DNA of 64,000 nt, from NCBI RefSeq assembly GCF_009914755.1, contig NC_060936.1. One strand, given 5' to 3'. The stretch is from the human T2T-CHM13v2.0 reference genome, Homo sapiens. Below, one piece after another: positions 38,520-55,684 of the stretch (its first letter is position 1; each line of letters opens with the position of its first letter). A model generated the notes under the pieces. It saw only the letters and a program-made list of their open reading frames with translations. It was not told where the DNA came from and searched no databases. A program made the translations under genes and the position numbers.

Positions 38520-38825
38520 GAGCCAGCCTGCCTTCCTGCTTGCCTTCCTTCCTTCCTTCCTTCTTTCCTTCCTTCCTCCCTTCTTTTCTCCCTCCATCTC
38601 TCTCTCCCTTCCTTCCTTTTTTCCTCTCTCCTTTCCTCCCTTCCTTCATTTCTCCTTCCTTTCCTTCCTCCCTCCCTCCTTTCTTCCCTCCCTCCCTCCC
38701 TTCTTTCCTTCCTTCCTCCGCCTCTCCCTGTCTTCCTTCCTTTCCCCTTTCCTTCCTCCCTCCCTTCCTCTCTCCTTTGCTTCCTCCGTCCATTCCTTCA
38801 TTTTTCCACCTCTTCTCTCTTCCCA
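38520..38825. repeat. Polypyrimidine (CCTT/CCCT)n tract
   Basis: ~300 bp almost entirely C/T. Confidence 0.95.
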
Positions 38826-39240
38826 CTATAGTCATCATTCCCCTTTCTTATTCCTTCATCTTTTCTTTCCTCAGAGCTCTCTTATTTGGGGAGGAAACAT
38901 TATAATGAGAAATGCTTGCCAAGTCTCTGGGGCCTTCCCATCAAGGGTCTGGGGGAACATGGCGCTAACTGAAACAGCGGGTCCCTTTTACAATACTGGA
39001 GGGGATGTAAACGGTAACAACCTTCCTGGAGGCACTTTGGCAGTTTGCAGTTTAGTTTACAGGTTCATTTATGGCTGTTTCACTTCTAGAAAACTTTTCT
39101 ACAGAAATAACACATAAAGAAATGTGGGCAAATATTTACCTGTAAGAATTTTCATAGCAGGGAAATATATAACAAAAAAGTTAAAAACTTAGATGTCCAA
39201 AAATAGGAGGTTGGTAAAATTATGTTTTATCTAGAGATGA

Positions 39241-39949
<709 letters not shown>

Positions 39950-40051
39950 TGTATGTATTTTTTTGATTCCATTTTTATAAGTGTTTATCTGCATGTGTGT
40001 ATTCATACACATTTAAAAGGTGATATATATATATCACCTTTGCATATATAT

Positions 40052-40960
40052 GCACACCACCACACCTGGCTAATTTTTAAATTTTTTGCAGAGACGGGTT
40101 CTTTTACATTTTTAAAAAGGATGGAGATATCCAGTTTATTAAGGTTAGTAAGCTGATTTTTTGCAGTCTAGAATGCTTGGTTTTTCTTATGCGTAACAGC
40201 CAGCTAGTCCTCCTTCACATTCCTGCAATTATAGCAGGGGCATGGACAATTGAAGAGTGACGTCAAAAGGCTTTTCTGGTAGAGGTGCCAAGTTTTGGGA
40301 AGTGCCAAGTTTCAGGAAATGCATGGAAGCAGAAAGGCACAGACATATTCAGGAAATAATGAGTTTCAGACTCTGAGAAAGATAACCGAGTTCATGTAGA
40401 AGAGTTAAGGGACATAAATGTGTAGAAATAAAATCAGACAACCTAAGGTGAGAAAAATATCTGAAAGAGCATCAAACTCAAATCTCTGTTCTATGCAGAT
40501 ATCATTTCTGACTCTTCTACGTCTTTAGCATTCTGAAGTAGGGGTCATTCTGATTCAGCATGAAGACTTCCAGGGAAAGACTGTAACTACTCTAGTGGAA
40601 TCATGGTTTTTTCGTTTGGTTTGTTTTTAAGTAGCATTTCTATTTCTTATTTTCAATTACTTGGGAACAGATAGTAAACACAAAGTTAAGGTGTTCAAAT
40701 TGGGGAGACATTTCTTTTTCCTAAGGCTATGCCTTAAGAAAAAGAGCAGAAACATAGAAGAGGTAAGGAGAAACTAGAAATGTGGATAGTATTTGAATAA
40801 TATTGAATAGTGAAAATAAAGGAATTAAATGTTAAAAAAAAAAAGGATGGAGATTAGTTCTCACTGTGTTGCCCAGGCTGGTCTGGAACCCCTGGCCTCA
40901 AGCACTCCTCCTGCCTCAGCCTCCCAAAGTGCTAGGATTACAGGCATGAGCCACTGTGCA
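40052..40960 (-). mobile_element. Alu left arm split by a later insertion (pieces ~40052-40101 and ~40857-40960)
   Basis: CCACACCTGGCTAATTTT...GAGACGGGTTC resumes as TCACTGTGTTGCCCAGGCTGG after the insert. Confidence 0.85.
40129..40839 (+). other. L1-mediated insertion of non-repeat sequence (orphan 3' transduction or processed 3'-UTR retrocopy)
   Basis: TSD AAAAAGGATGGAGAT at 40114-40128 and 40840-40854; TT/AAAA target; AATAAA at 40815-40820; A-run from 40834. Confidence 0.8.
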
Positions 40961-42235
40961 TAGCATCCCTTCCCTCATATTTCTACATTTGAAGCTGGGT
41001 GATGAAATTATGGTGTGGTTCATTATAGTGTCCTTTCTACTTCTGCATATGTTTGAAACTTTTCCATAATAAGACATTTACAATGTTTATAATTATGCAC
41101 AGTTCTTCAGCGATAACAACATCATTCAACGGCATTTCTTCTTTGGGGCTCTTGTTTAAGAGCTTCCCCCAAAGTTTTCTTCCCCGTTGCAGCCATGATT
41201 CTAGATTCTAGGGATTCCTAAGCCCGGATGACACCCTGCTAACCTGAGCAGGACCACAGTGGGAGGAGGGGGGCGCCACCCACTCAAACTTTCATGTCTG
41301 ATGAACTTTCATGTCTGGGAAGACCAACAAAGGCTACCAAGGGGGCAAAGTCTGGAGAAGTCAATTAGGTGGGCTTGCAATAAGAGGTTATTCTGAGAGG
41401 CCAGGAGTTAACATAGAAAGTCTTGTCACCAAAGGGAACTAGAAGAAGGATCTTTTAGACCGGGGGGGACATTTGGTTGCTATTATGAATGAACAAACCC
41501 AGCAAAGCTGAAACAGGAAAAACGGCAACGTTGAGCATCTCAGTGGGCTAGAGAGAGGCCCAGTGCCCCTGAGGCTAAGTAATCCCAAATGCTTTGAAAT
41601 CTTCTGATAGTGGGGCCACTGAGAGCCACAGAGCAATGAGAGGGTGGGAGCAGAAGGTCCCCTTACAAAGGGGCTGAGGTTCTAGGCACTGAGCCATTTT
41701 GGAGAAAGTTAATTATTGGCCTCTCCTGCCAAAACCTTTAAAGAAATCACCAGTAAATGTTCTTGCCCACTGGCCTGCAGAAAACCTGCATGCTGGCTTT
41801 GGAGAGAAGGGAGATGAGGCGGAAATTTTTCACAGCTAGAAATGAAGCCTGTTGGCTTAGCCAATGGAATAGCAGCCTGTAAGTCTCTGAAGAAGGGCCT
41901 ACCTCTGTCTATGTAGTCAGCTGCTCTGCAGTGCCTGCAACAGAGTAGGCATCCATGACTCCTTGGTGTCTATGAACTAAGGAATTAATTAATATTTGTT
42001 GACTTTGTGCAAAATGGCCCACCTTTATTGCAGCATTTCCCAGAGAGTGGTCTACAACTACCTGCTTCCCTGTCAGCTGATCTATTTGCTACAAACACTG
42101 ATTCCTGGGCCCCACTCCACCCTCATTGAATCAGAACCTCAGGTCTGCAGCATCTACAATGTGAGCAGTCAGCACAGGTCATTCTTATGCCCCCCACAAT
42201 TACAATACTGCTACAGACACCTTTGCCACTCATTT

Positions 42236-43863
<1,628 letters not shown>

Positions 43864-45469
43864 TAAATGTTAGACTGGCTTTTATTCTAGAAGAATATGG
43901 AAATGGGCTCCAAGGTTTCTGAGGAGCAGAGATGATGCGGAACAAAAATTAAGACATTCTGGATATTGGGCTTAAATTTGTGTGGGTTCATCCCTTACTC
44001 AGTTTATCCACCTGTTAAATGGAGAGATGGGCTCCAGAGAGTGGTCCAGCAAGGGTTAAATAGGAGGTGATTCGTGGAACCATTAAGGAAAAGAGCAAGG
44101 GACCAAGAGTCAAGAAACCTCGGTCGCAATCCCAGAGCTGACTCTAAGTCATTATGTGTCTTGGCCATTTGGTCCCTCTCTCTTGGCCTCAGTTTCCACA
44201 ACTGCAGGATGATTCTGAGTTCATCTCTGTGTTCCTGAATCCCATTTTTCATGACCTTCCAGTTTAAACTATGAGCTCTTTCCGTTAGCTCAGAAGTTCA
44301 GTTCTTACAGAAAACAGAAAATTAAGATTTTGGATAAAAATCCTTCTAAGTGCAAGTGAACTTGGAGAGTTTTCCCAGGTCATTAAAAAGGGAAAATCAG
44401 CCTCCCTAAGAAAACAAATTCTCCTCTCACTGTAAGTGTGGGTTATCAATCGGAATTCTGATGACTTTGGGGCTGACAATTTTAACAACCACTTAAGTCT
44501 CACCCTGCACCTTTTATCTGAGTGCTACACAAACATTGTTAAACACGCAAGCCAAGGCCAGAGAAAATGGTATCATCTAAGAGGGGAGAAGACCCAGGGA
44601 ACTGAAGTGTCCACAGTCCCCCTCCTCCCAGTCTTTGCTCCACAGAGCTAATCAATGGCCAGGCTAGGCTTAGCATTAATAAGTCTGGAGTCTTGCACTT
44701 TTGACCTAGCTGTTAGATAACAATTCCTTTAGCTCGGCCGTGGGTTATTAAGCACGACGAGTCAATTTGATAAATAGATGACGTTTTATTTATCTAAATT
44801 TCTGGGGGAATGGTGTTTATTTTAAAAGAGAGGAATGTAATTTATAAATAATTTATTTGCACGGGATGAGTTGAAACATTGAATCCTCATTTGGGGAAAA
44901 GAATCACTTAAAAGGATCCCTTATCCTTTACTCGTTACAAAAAAAAAAATACTGACTCTTGATACCTGGATTTTTCTCATTCTTTTCAGACTCCTCAATG
45001 CCTAATTGAACGGGATTTTGATTCGCTGTTCTAATATTTCACATTCAATCTCATGGTTGAAAACACCTTTCTCATTTGCCACAGAGCAGTTGCAATTCTG
45101 CAGTGATTTACAGTTTTGCAAAAGTGGAGTCTATTTCCTAATTTAGGATGGGTTAATTAAAGGTATTATGCACGTACAAAATGGAATACGTTCTGACATC
45201 TCTGATCTCTCTCTCTCTCTCCATTAAGTAAAAGCAAACAAAAAAACAGGTTACAAACTAGTTTGAATGCATTGTCTTAAAATGTCTGTATGTTTTATTA
45301 AAATAACAAATGCATATGCCTTCTGACTCAGGAATTTCATTTCCAGAGATACTTGCAAAATTGCACAATGATATTTCTACATTACAGCATCTTTTGGGAT
45401 AACATAAGATTGGAAACATTTTAAATGCCCAACAGTAGGAGCCTGATTAAAGAAATCTCGAATTCCCAA

Positions 45470-45781
45470 AAGTGGGGGTTCACACCTGTAATCCCAGCAC
45501 TTTGGGATGCCAAGGTGGGAGGATCACTTAATCTCAGGAGTTCAAGACTTCCCTGGGCAACATAGTGAGACCCTCCCTGTTTCTAGAAAAAAAAACAAAA
45601 AACAAAAAACAAAAAATTAGCATGTTGTAGTAGCACATGCCTATGGTCCCAGCCACTCAGGAGGCTGATGTGGGAGGATTGCTTGAGCCCAGGAGGTGGA
45701 GGCTGCAGTTGAGTCATGATCACACCACTGTACTCCAGCCTGGGTGACAGAACAAGACCCTGATTCCAAAAAACCAAAAAG
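45470..45781 (+). mobile_element. AluJ within old L1M sequence
   Basis: GGAGGATTGCTTGAGCCCAGGAGG...GCTGCAGT J-type arm. Confidence 0.88.
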
Positions 45782-46076
45782 AAGTCATGGATTAATCTCT
45801 ACAGTGGAGTGTTATACAGCCATTAAAAGAAGGAAAAGAGGAACCAGCTCTGAGATAAATTAAGAAACAAGCCAAGTTTTAACAGTGGGTCTAGTGTGAG
45901 CCAGTGCATATACAAAATGAGACAGATTCCTGAGGAATGAAGACAATGGTGGCTCTGAGCTGGGGAAATGCACTGCTGGGGACAAAGATGGGAGGCAGAT
46001 TTCTCACTCTTCATGCTACTTTAGCCTTTAAACTACGAACCACGTGAATTCTTCTTATTAAAAATAAGTGAAATTA

Positions 46077-46841
<765 letters not shown>

Positions 46842-47749
46842 GTGAAGTTACAAGTAGTCAAAGAATATGAACTTTATGCATAGAAGAATATCTTAAAAGA
46901 CATACACAGAGTTGGTGATCTCTGGGTGGCTTGGTCTGTGGATGCTATTACACTTCCTCTTTGGTTTGTCCACATTTTCTGCTATTTCTGAAATAAACAT
47001 AAAGAGTTCTTTTGTAGATTTAAAAAAAAAAAGGAAGAAGGAAGAAAATGACTTTCCCTTCTTTGCCCTCAGTGGTGTGGATTCCTTTATACATGTATTC
47101 AATATCTCTGAAGTAGTCGTTGTAAAATGACTGGGGGTGGTGGGAGGTCAGGAAAAGACTAGTAAAAAAGAGGTTTATGGGCATTTGAGGGAGATGAGAA
47201 GGACTTCCAGATGCACAAAAGCCAAGCTTCGAGGAAAGGGAGAGAAGCCCTGCACCAGGATGAAGTGAGACGTGCTCCTGAGGTTCATGGTCACCCTCTC
47301 CTGGGTCTCCCTGCTGAAGGATCCCAAATGCCCCACACTCATGATGACTGCCCAGTGGGAAAATGGTGGGGAGATGAGAAGCAATCGGGATTCCCTTTCA
47401 AGGATGAACAAATTCAGACAATGACCCCTCAAAGGTCACTGAGGATCTGAGAGAGGAGATTACAAGTCTCTCTGCATAGAGAATGCCCTTCCTTTGCAGC
47501 AATAATAAGAAGAATATCTAATTGCAACCAAGCACCTAATCCATGCCAGGCACTGGGCAAACCATTCTGTATGCATTATCTTGTTTAACCTCACAGGTTG
47601 TTATGGGGATTGAACAAGGAGAATGGCCCCTGCACAGTGGACAACGCTTGCAGCTGACCATGGCTACACTTTACCTGCTGTCTTGTCAGTAGGTTAGATC
47701 TAAGAGATAATTGTGGCCTTCTTTAGAGAGGTTCAGTTAGTGCCTGCCT

Positions 47750-48512
<763 letters not shown>

Positions 48513-48556
48513 CTACTGTAACCCGTCCTATGCCCTCTTTAAAAAGTCTATGACTC

Positions 48557-48903
48557 AGCCGGGCGCTGTGGCTCACGCCTGTAATCACAGTACTTTGGGA
48601 TGCCAAGGCTGGTGGATCACTTGAGGCCAGGAGTTTGAGAACAGCCTGCCCAACATGGTAAAACCCCCATCTCTACTGAAAATACAAAAATTAGCCAGGT
48701 GTGGTGGCGCACACTTGTAATCCCAGCTACTCAGGAGGCTGAGGCACAAGAATTGCTTGAACCCAGGAGGCGGAGATTGCAGTAAGCAGAGATCCCACCA
48801 CTGCACTCCAGCCTGGGTGACAGAAAAAGACTCTGTATCAAAAAAAAAAAAAAAAAAAAAAACAAGGAAAAAAAGAAAGCAAAGGAAAAGAGAGAGAAAA
48901 AAA
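48557..48903 (+). mobile_element. AluS
   Basis: Full dimer with long A-rich tail. Confidence 0.92.
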
Positions 48904-49869
48904 AGTCTGTGACTCTTGTTTGCTTCCTCTTGCGTGATAACTCCCATCCATAGAGCACTTAATGAGTTTCAAATCTCATTCACATCTCTTATCACAATTC
49001 AGCTTCCCCTAATCCTGTGGGGCAGATGTGTAGGCATTACCACCCCCCCACTTTTACATATAAGGAAACTGAGGTTCAGAGAGGTGATGGCATTTCTCCC
49101 AAGAACACATACAGCCAGGAAAGGGCAGAACCCAAATCCAAGGCTTCCCATTCCACTCCTCCCCTCTGCCCATTCTGCTATTCTGCCTTCCTCTTTTTCA
49201 TAAGAATATCTGGTTTCTATATACCATTTTATATCTTTTTTGCATAACATCTCATACAAACTTCACAAAAACTCTGTGAGGATATTATTACTATTATTAT
49301 CATTTACAAGTGAAGAATCCAAGAGTCTTTGAGGTTAAAGCCATTTAGTCTGAGACCATCTGGCTAACAAGAGGCCTTTTGACTTCTTGTCCCGTTCTCA
49401 TTCTGTAACCTCAGGCTATCTCTCTCCCCCTCTCACTTGCCTATTTTATGGGTCATACAGAAACACCTGTGGACACAGGAGAACTTCCCAGGAGTCCAGA
49501 ACCTAAACAAATTATTGGTGTTCTTCCAATACCATGGGACAAGACCCTCTAAGGGGCATGGAACACAGTTAGTCCATGTCACTTAGAGGACAGTTTGAAC
49601 TTAAAAAAAAAATGTCTAAGAGAACTTTGCTGTAACCTTGGTATATTTTATGGCAGGGGATTAGTTACAAGGCTAAGGCCTTAGCTCTTGCTTCTCCAGT
49701 ATGTCTTGGGGGAGAGAAGGTGATCTTTGGACCTTGGGGAAAGAGATCATTGTAAGGACCAACCATAATAAATTCACAGCAGTGTGAGGGAAGCAAGGTG
49801 GGTCTTCCCTGGATTACTTCTCTCAATACCGTGATGTTGACCCCCATAGTGGTGCCTTCCTCAATGTGA

Positions 49870-50815
49870 TGATGAATCATACTGACTCCATTTCCCTTGC
49901 CAGCCATTGCTTTAGAAAAGGGCATATAATCCAATTTTGGCCAATGACATATGGAAGTTTTCTGGGAGGAAGGGGGCTATGGTAGCTAGTTTCCAAAGAC
50001 CCCCTCCACCAATGAATTGGGCTTCCCAATAGTCATGACCTTGTGTTGTCTCCTGGTCTCCAATCTGGGCTAACCCAGTGCTTACTTTTGACTCACAAAA
50101 TATGATAAGAATGATGTTGTGGAATTTCCAAGGCTAGGTCATAAGATGGCTTGCAGCTCCCAGCTAGATCTCTTGGCATATGTGCTCTGGGGGAAGCCAG
50201 TTATCATGTGAGAAGTCTGATTGCCCTGAGGCTGCCATATTGTGAGGAAGCCAAAGTTAGCCACATGGAGAGATTGCATGGACACAGAGAGATGCCTGGC
50301 CATCCCCTGGCTGTTCCAGACATCCCAGTTGAGGCACTAGACAAGAAGCCATCCTGCACACCAAGCTCAGTTGCCATTCAAATGATTGCAGTTCCAGCTG
50401 TCATCTAACTGCAGCCTCATGAGAGACTCCAAGTGACATCTGTCCTGCTGAACCCACTCAACCCAAAGAATCATGAAAAAGAAACTTCTAGGGAAAGTTT
50501 CTTTGTTTCTAAGACAGAGATATGGGGAAAGATGACACCACCCACCCTCCACTTGATTCTTCTGGATGTGTCAGGTCTAGATGCAGCCAGTTTGAGAAAA
50601 GGAAATCCAGTTGAAGGCAAGGTCCACATGTTGAGGGTAGCAAAGCAAAAGAAATGGAAAAAAACCTGAGTTCTTGGTGGCACGGTGGCACTACTGAATC
50701 AACCAGCCTTGAAACCTACCTTACCTTAGACCTCTTGTTGAGTGAAATCTTGTCTTCACTGTTAGCACCAGGTTGAATCTGGGCTTTTTGTTACTTGAGC
50801 CAAAGACTTTCTAAC
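49870..50815 (+). mobile_element. Nested MLT1-family LTRs
   Basis: AAGGCTAGGTCATAAG...GGGGAAGCCAG...GCCACATGGAGAG inner LTR; outer LTR ends TTGTTACTTGAGCCAAAGACTTTCTAACT. Confidence 0.6.
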
Positions 50816-50818
50816 TAC

Positions 50819-51994
50819 AGGCATACCTCAGAGATATTGCAGGTTCGGTTCCAGATCACTGCAATAAATTGAGTCAAATAATTTTTTTGGTTTCTCAGTG
50901 CATATAAAAGTTATGTTTATACTATAATATAGTCTATTAAGTGTGCAATAGCATTATGTCTACAAAAACCAAGGTGCATACCCTAATTAAAAATATTCTA
51001 TTGCTAAAAAATGTTAACAATCGCCTGAACCTTCGGCAGGTTGTAATCTTTTTGCTGGTGGAGGGTCCTGCCTTGATATTGATGGCTGCTGGCTAATCAG
51101 GGTGGCAGTGCTGAAGGTTGGGGTGACAATTTTTTAAAATAAGACAATAATAAAGATTACTTCATTGGTTTTTTTTTTTTTTAGACAGAGTCTCGCTCTG
51201 TCGCCCAGGCTGGAGTGCAGTGGTGCGATCTTGGCTCACTGCAAGCATGCCATTCTCCTGCCTCAGCCTCCTGAGTAGCTGGGACTACAGGCGCCTTCCC
51301 CCATGCCTGGCTAATTCTTTTTTTTTTTTTTTTGTATTTTTAGTAGAGACGGGGTTTCACCGTGTTAGCCAGGATGGGTCTTGATCTCCTGACCTTGTGA
51401 TCAGCCCACCTCAGCCTCCCAAAGTGCTGGGATTACAGGCGTGAGCCACCGCGCCCGGCCGACTCTCTTTTTTCACAAAAGATTTTTCTGTAGTATGGTG
51501 TTGCAAGCATTTTACCCATAGCAGAACTTTCAAAATTGGAATCAGTCCACTGAAATCCTGTTGTAATTTATCAACTAAATTTATGTAATATTCTAAATCC
51601 TTTGTTGTCATTTCAGCAATGCTCACTGCATCTTCCCCAGGAGTATATTCCATCTCAAGAAACCACTTTCTTTGCTCATTCATAAGAAGCAACTCCTCCT
51701 CCATTCATGTTTTATCATGAGATTACAGCAATTCAGCCTCATCCTCAGGCTCCACTTCTAACGCTGTTTCTCTTGCTGTTTCCACCACATGTGCAGTGAC
51801 TGCCTCCTCTGAAATCTTGAATCTCTCAAAGTCATCCAAAAGAGTTGAAATCCATTTCTTCCAAAGTCCTATTAATGTTTACATTTTAACTTTCTCCTAT
51901 AAATCATGAATGTTCTTAATGGTATCTAGAATAGTGAATCCTTTCCATAACAGCCTAAATCCATCAGAGAAATCACTATCTGTGGGAGCTGTAG
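50819..51994 (-). mobile_element. Tigger1 3' portion (Alu inserted at 51168-51460)
   Basis: TA|CAGGCATACCTCAGAGATATTGC terminus; minus-strand remnant [23 protein letters not shown]...[14 protein letters not shown] matches the Tigger1 transposase C-terminus. Confidence 0.9.
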
Positions 51995-51999
51995 ACACA

Positions 52000-52597
52000 A
52001 CTGAGACAAAACAATATTGAAATTAGGCCAATTAATAACCCTACAAAGCCCCCTAAGTGTACAAATGAAAAGGAGAATCACATGTTTCTTGCTTTAAATC
52101 AAAGGCTAGAAATGATTAAGCTTAATGAGGAAGGCATGTGAAAAGCAGAGATGGGCAGAAAGCTAGGCCTCTTGCGCCAAAGTTAGCCACATTGTGAATG
52201 CAAAGGAAAATTTCTTGAAGGAAATTTAAAGTGCTACTCCAGTGAACAAATGAACGATAAGAAAGTGAAATAGGCTTATTCCTGATATGGAGGAATTTTG
52301 AGTGGTCTGGATAGAAGGCCAAACCAGCTGCAACATTCCCTTCAGCCAAAGCCTAATCCAGAGCCAAGCCCTAACTATGATTCTGTGAAGGTTGAGAGAG
52401 GTGAGAAAGCCGCAGAAAAAAAGTTGGCAGCTGGCAGATCTTGGTTCATGAGGTTTAAGAAAAGAAGCCATCTCTATAATGTAAAAATGCTAGGTGAAGC
52501 AGCAAGTGCTGATGGAGAAGCTGCAATAAGTTATTCAGAAGATCTAGCTAAGATCAGTGATAAAAGTGGCTACACTGAACAACAGATTTTCAATGTG
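52000..52597 (+). mobile_element. Tigger1 5' coding portion in opposite orientation
   Basis: TTAAATCAAAGGCTAGAAATGATTAAGCTT (LNQxLEMIKL) and [24 protein letters not shown]...[10 protein letters not shown] on the + strand. Confidence 0.9.
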
Positions 52598-53314
52598 GGC
52601 TGCTCCAGAGATCACTAGATGCAAGGTCTCAGAGCAGCACAATGTATTACCATCATCATCTTGGGGCTTCCCAGAATCTAGGGTCCTCCACAGCACATCA
52701 GGACCCCAGGTGCCTCCCCTCCACACACCTTGCTCTTCATCAGGTTGGAGGCAACATTCTCTTTGAAGTTGGTGTGTCTCACCACCTGCTCCCAATTGGT
52801 TTGAAATTGAAGTCTTAAAACCTACCAAAGTCTCCTCTTCTCTTCTGTTATATTTAATCTTTCTCCATAAACAGAAGCTCACGTATATTCAGCTCACAGA
52901 GGACTGGGGAGAGAGGAGGCTTGGACAAGCTCCTCAGGCTTTGTTTAATGAGAACTAAAGCCAGCTTTCCTGAGTGTACAGCGTCCGAGGCTGATTCAAT
53001 AAAGTGGATGTGGCATCTGTACAGAGTAGAAATGATGTGGAGATAACTCACCAATCTCTGCTTGCCTTAGTAGGAGAGTGGAAAAACTAAAAATCATTTG
53101 AAAATGTTCCAGGTGCTTCACATATGTAAGCAGGAACCTCAGATGCAATTTGAGGATTCTAAAGAACCGAATAGAAGAGGGGGGAAAACCAGGACTGAGT
53201 ATTCAACTGGCATCCACCAATTCTATTGTGTGTGTTATTATGGCCAGAATCTTTTTGGATTCATTAATGTCTCTGCTGTATCTGTGGTTAAGTATTTTAA
53301 AAATAGCCCATGTG

Positions 53315-53690
<376 letters not shown>

Positions 53691-53944
53691 CTATTCATAT
53701 TATGTTTAAATGTTTGTATTTTTCTTGTAGATTTATTGCTTTATAAATAAAAGCAGTTAATTTATGTTTCTATTTTCCTAACTGTGCTATCTCAATTGCA
53801 TTTTTATTTTGATAATTTTTAAAGTAAAATTATTGAAAAAATAAATTTTGTCTAAGAATGATAATTTTTAAAAAGCCCATGAGAAAAACTTAAAAATCAT
53901 AAATTGTATTCTACTTTAAGAAACAGAGACTCTAGGGCCTGCAT

Positions 53945-54165
53945 GGAAGATGTTGGTCAAAGGATACAAAATATCAGGTAGATAGGAGGAAAATCTTCAA
54001 GATCTAATGTGTAACATGATGATTACAGTTAATAACAATGCATTGTACTCTTGGAAACTGCTAAGAGAGTAGACTCTCTGTGTTCTCACCACAAACAAAT
54101 GATAAGTCTACGATGTAACGTATGTGTTAATTAGCTTGATTTAACCATTCCAAAATGTATACGTA
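53945..54165 (+). mobile_element. L1MA 3' UTR fragment
   Basis: TTGGTCAAAGGATACAAAAT...TGCTAAGAGAGTAGA...TGTTAATTAGCTTGATTTA. Confidence 0.8.
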
Positions 54166-54169
54166 TTTT

Positions 54170-54357
<188 letters not shown>

Positions 54358-54449
54358 TGAAAAGACATTTAGAATTACTCTAATAAAATGGCTAGTTCCT
54401 GCCCAATCACATATTGGTAAAACCTAGTAATCTCTAAACCCACACAGGC

Positions 54450-54455
<6 letters not shown>

Positions 54456-54518
<63 letters not shown>
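54456..54518. repeat. A27 followed by (AT)18
   Basis: Read directly. Confidence 0.95.
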
Positions 54519-54519
<1 letters not shown>

Positions 54520-54521
<2 letters not shown>

Positions 54522-55295
54522 CTTTCTCTCAGTAATGAACAGATCCAGCAGGCAGAAAATTAGTAAGGCCATGTTGAACTTAACAACACCATCAATCAAC
54601 TGGATGCAATTGATATCTATGGACCACTTCACCCAACAATAACAGAATACTCATTTTTTCTCAAGGTCACCTGGAGCATTCACCAAGCTAGATCACATTC
54701 TGGGCAATAAACACATCTTAATACATTTAAAAGAATAAGAACCATAGACTATATGCTCTCAGACCACAAGATAATTAAAATGGAAATCAATAACAGAAAG
54801 ATATCTGGAAAATTCCAAAATACTTAGAGATTAAACAACATGCTTCTAAATCATACATGGATCAAAGAAGAAATTTTAAGAGACACTTAAAATATTTCAA
54901 CTAAATGAAAATAGAAATACAGCTTATCAAAATTTGTGGGATGCAGCAAAACCGTGCTTAAGGGGGAATTTGTAGCATTGAATGCAGATATGAAAGAAGA
55001 AAGATCTAAAATGAATGATCTAAGGTGGAAGCTTAAGAAACTAGGAAAAGAATAGAAAACATGTTCAAATTAAGCAGAAGAAGAGAAATAATAAAAAGTG
55101 AAGGATAGGCTGGTTGGATGGTGGCTCATGCCTGTAATCCCAGCACGTTAAGAGGCTGAGACAGGAGGATTGCTTGAGGCCAGGAGTTCAAGACCAGTCT
55201 GAACAACATAGCAAGATGCTGCCTCTATTGAGAAAAAGAAGTAGAGAAATCAGTGAAACTGAAAACAGGAAATCAATAGAGAAAATAAATAAAAC
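54520..55295 (+). mobile_element. L1 ORF2 endonuclease-region remnant, split by an Alu monomer (55108-55240)
   Basis: CAGAATACTCATTTTTTCTCAAG, CTCTCAGACCACAAG and AAAATTTGTGGGATGCAGCAAAA motifs of L1 ORF2. Confidence 0.85.
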
Positions 55296-55684
55296 GTAAT
55301 GGCATCAGAAGAAGCAAACAAATTCAGAATACACAGCATTATCTATGACTTGTTTCTGCAACAAGGCAATGGTGTAAAGAAAAGGAGGGTTGCTCTAGAT
55401 GAAAGATAACTAAGGGGTATCTCAACCAAATGTGACTGTGTGAACTTCAGGCCCCAGTTAGAACAAATCAATCATGAAAGACTCTCTTAGACCATCAGGA
55501 GAATTTGATTCTAAACTCAACATTAGATGATAATAAGTCAAGGTGGTTCATGCGATATTGCATTGAGGTTATGCAAAAGGCTGCTTATGTTATTTAGAGA
55601 TGCCCACTAACCTGCTGTAGGGGTGAAATAACACAATGGCTGGGATTTCTTTTAAAATTGTTCAGCAATAATTTTAAATAAAAC

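Noticed and set aside
38149-39117. 229-aa (-) and 199-aa (+) ORFs
   Set aside because: Translations of the CCTT/GGAA tract (EGRK and PSFL repeats).
51411-52618. TIGD1-like peptides as a domesticated transposase gene
   Set aside because: Fragmented, frameshifted, in opposite orientations and Alu-interrupted: a dead Tigger1.
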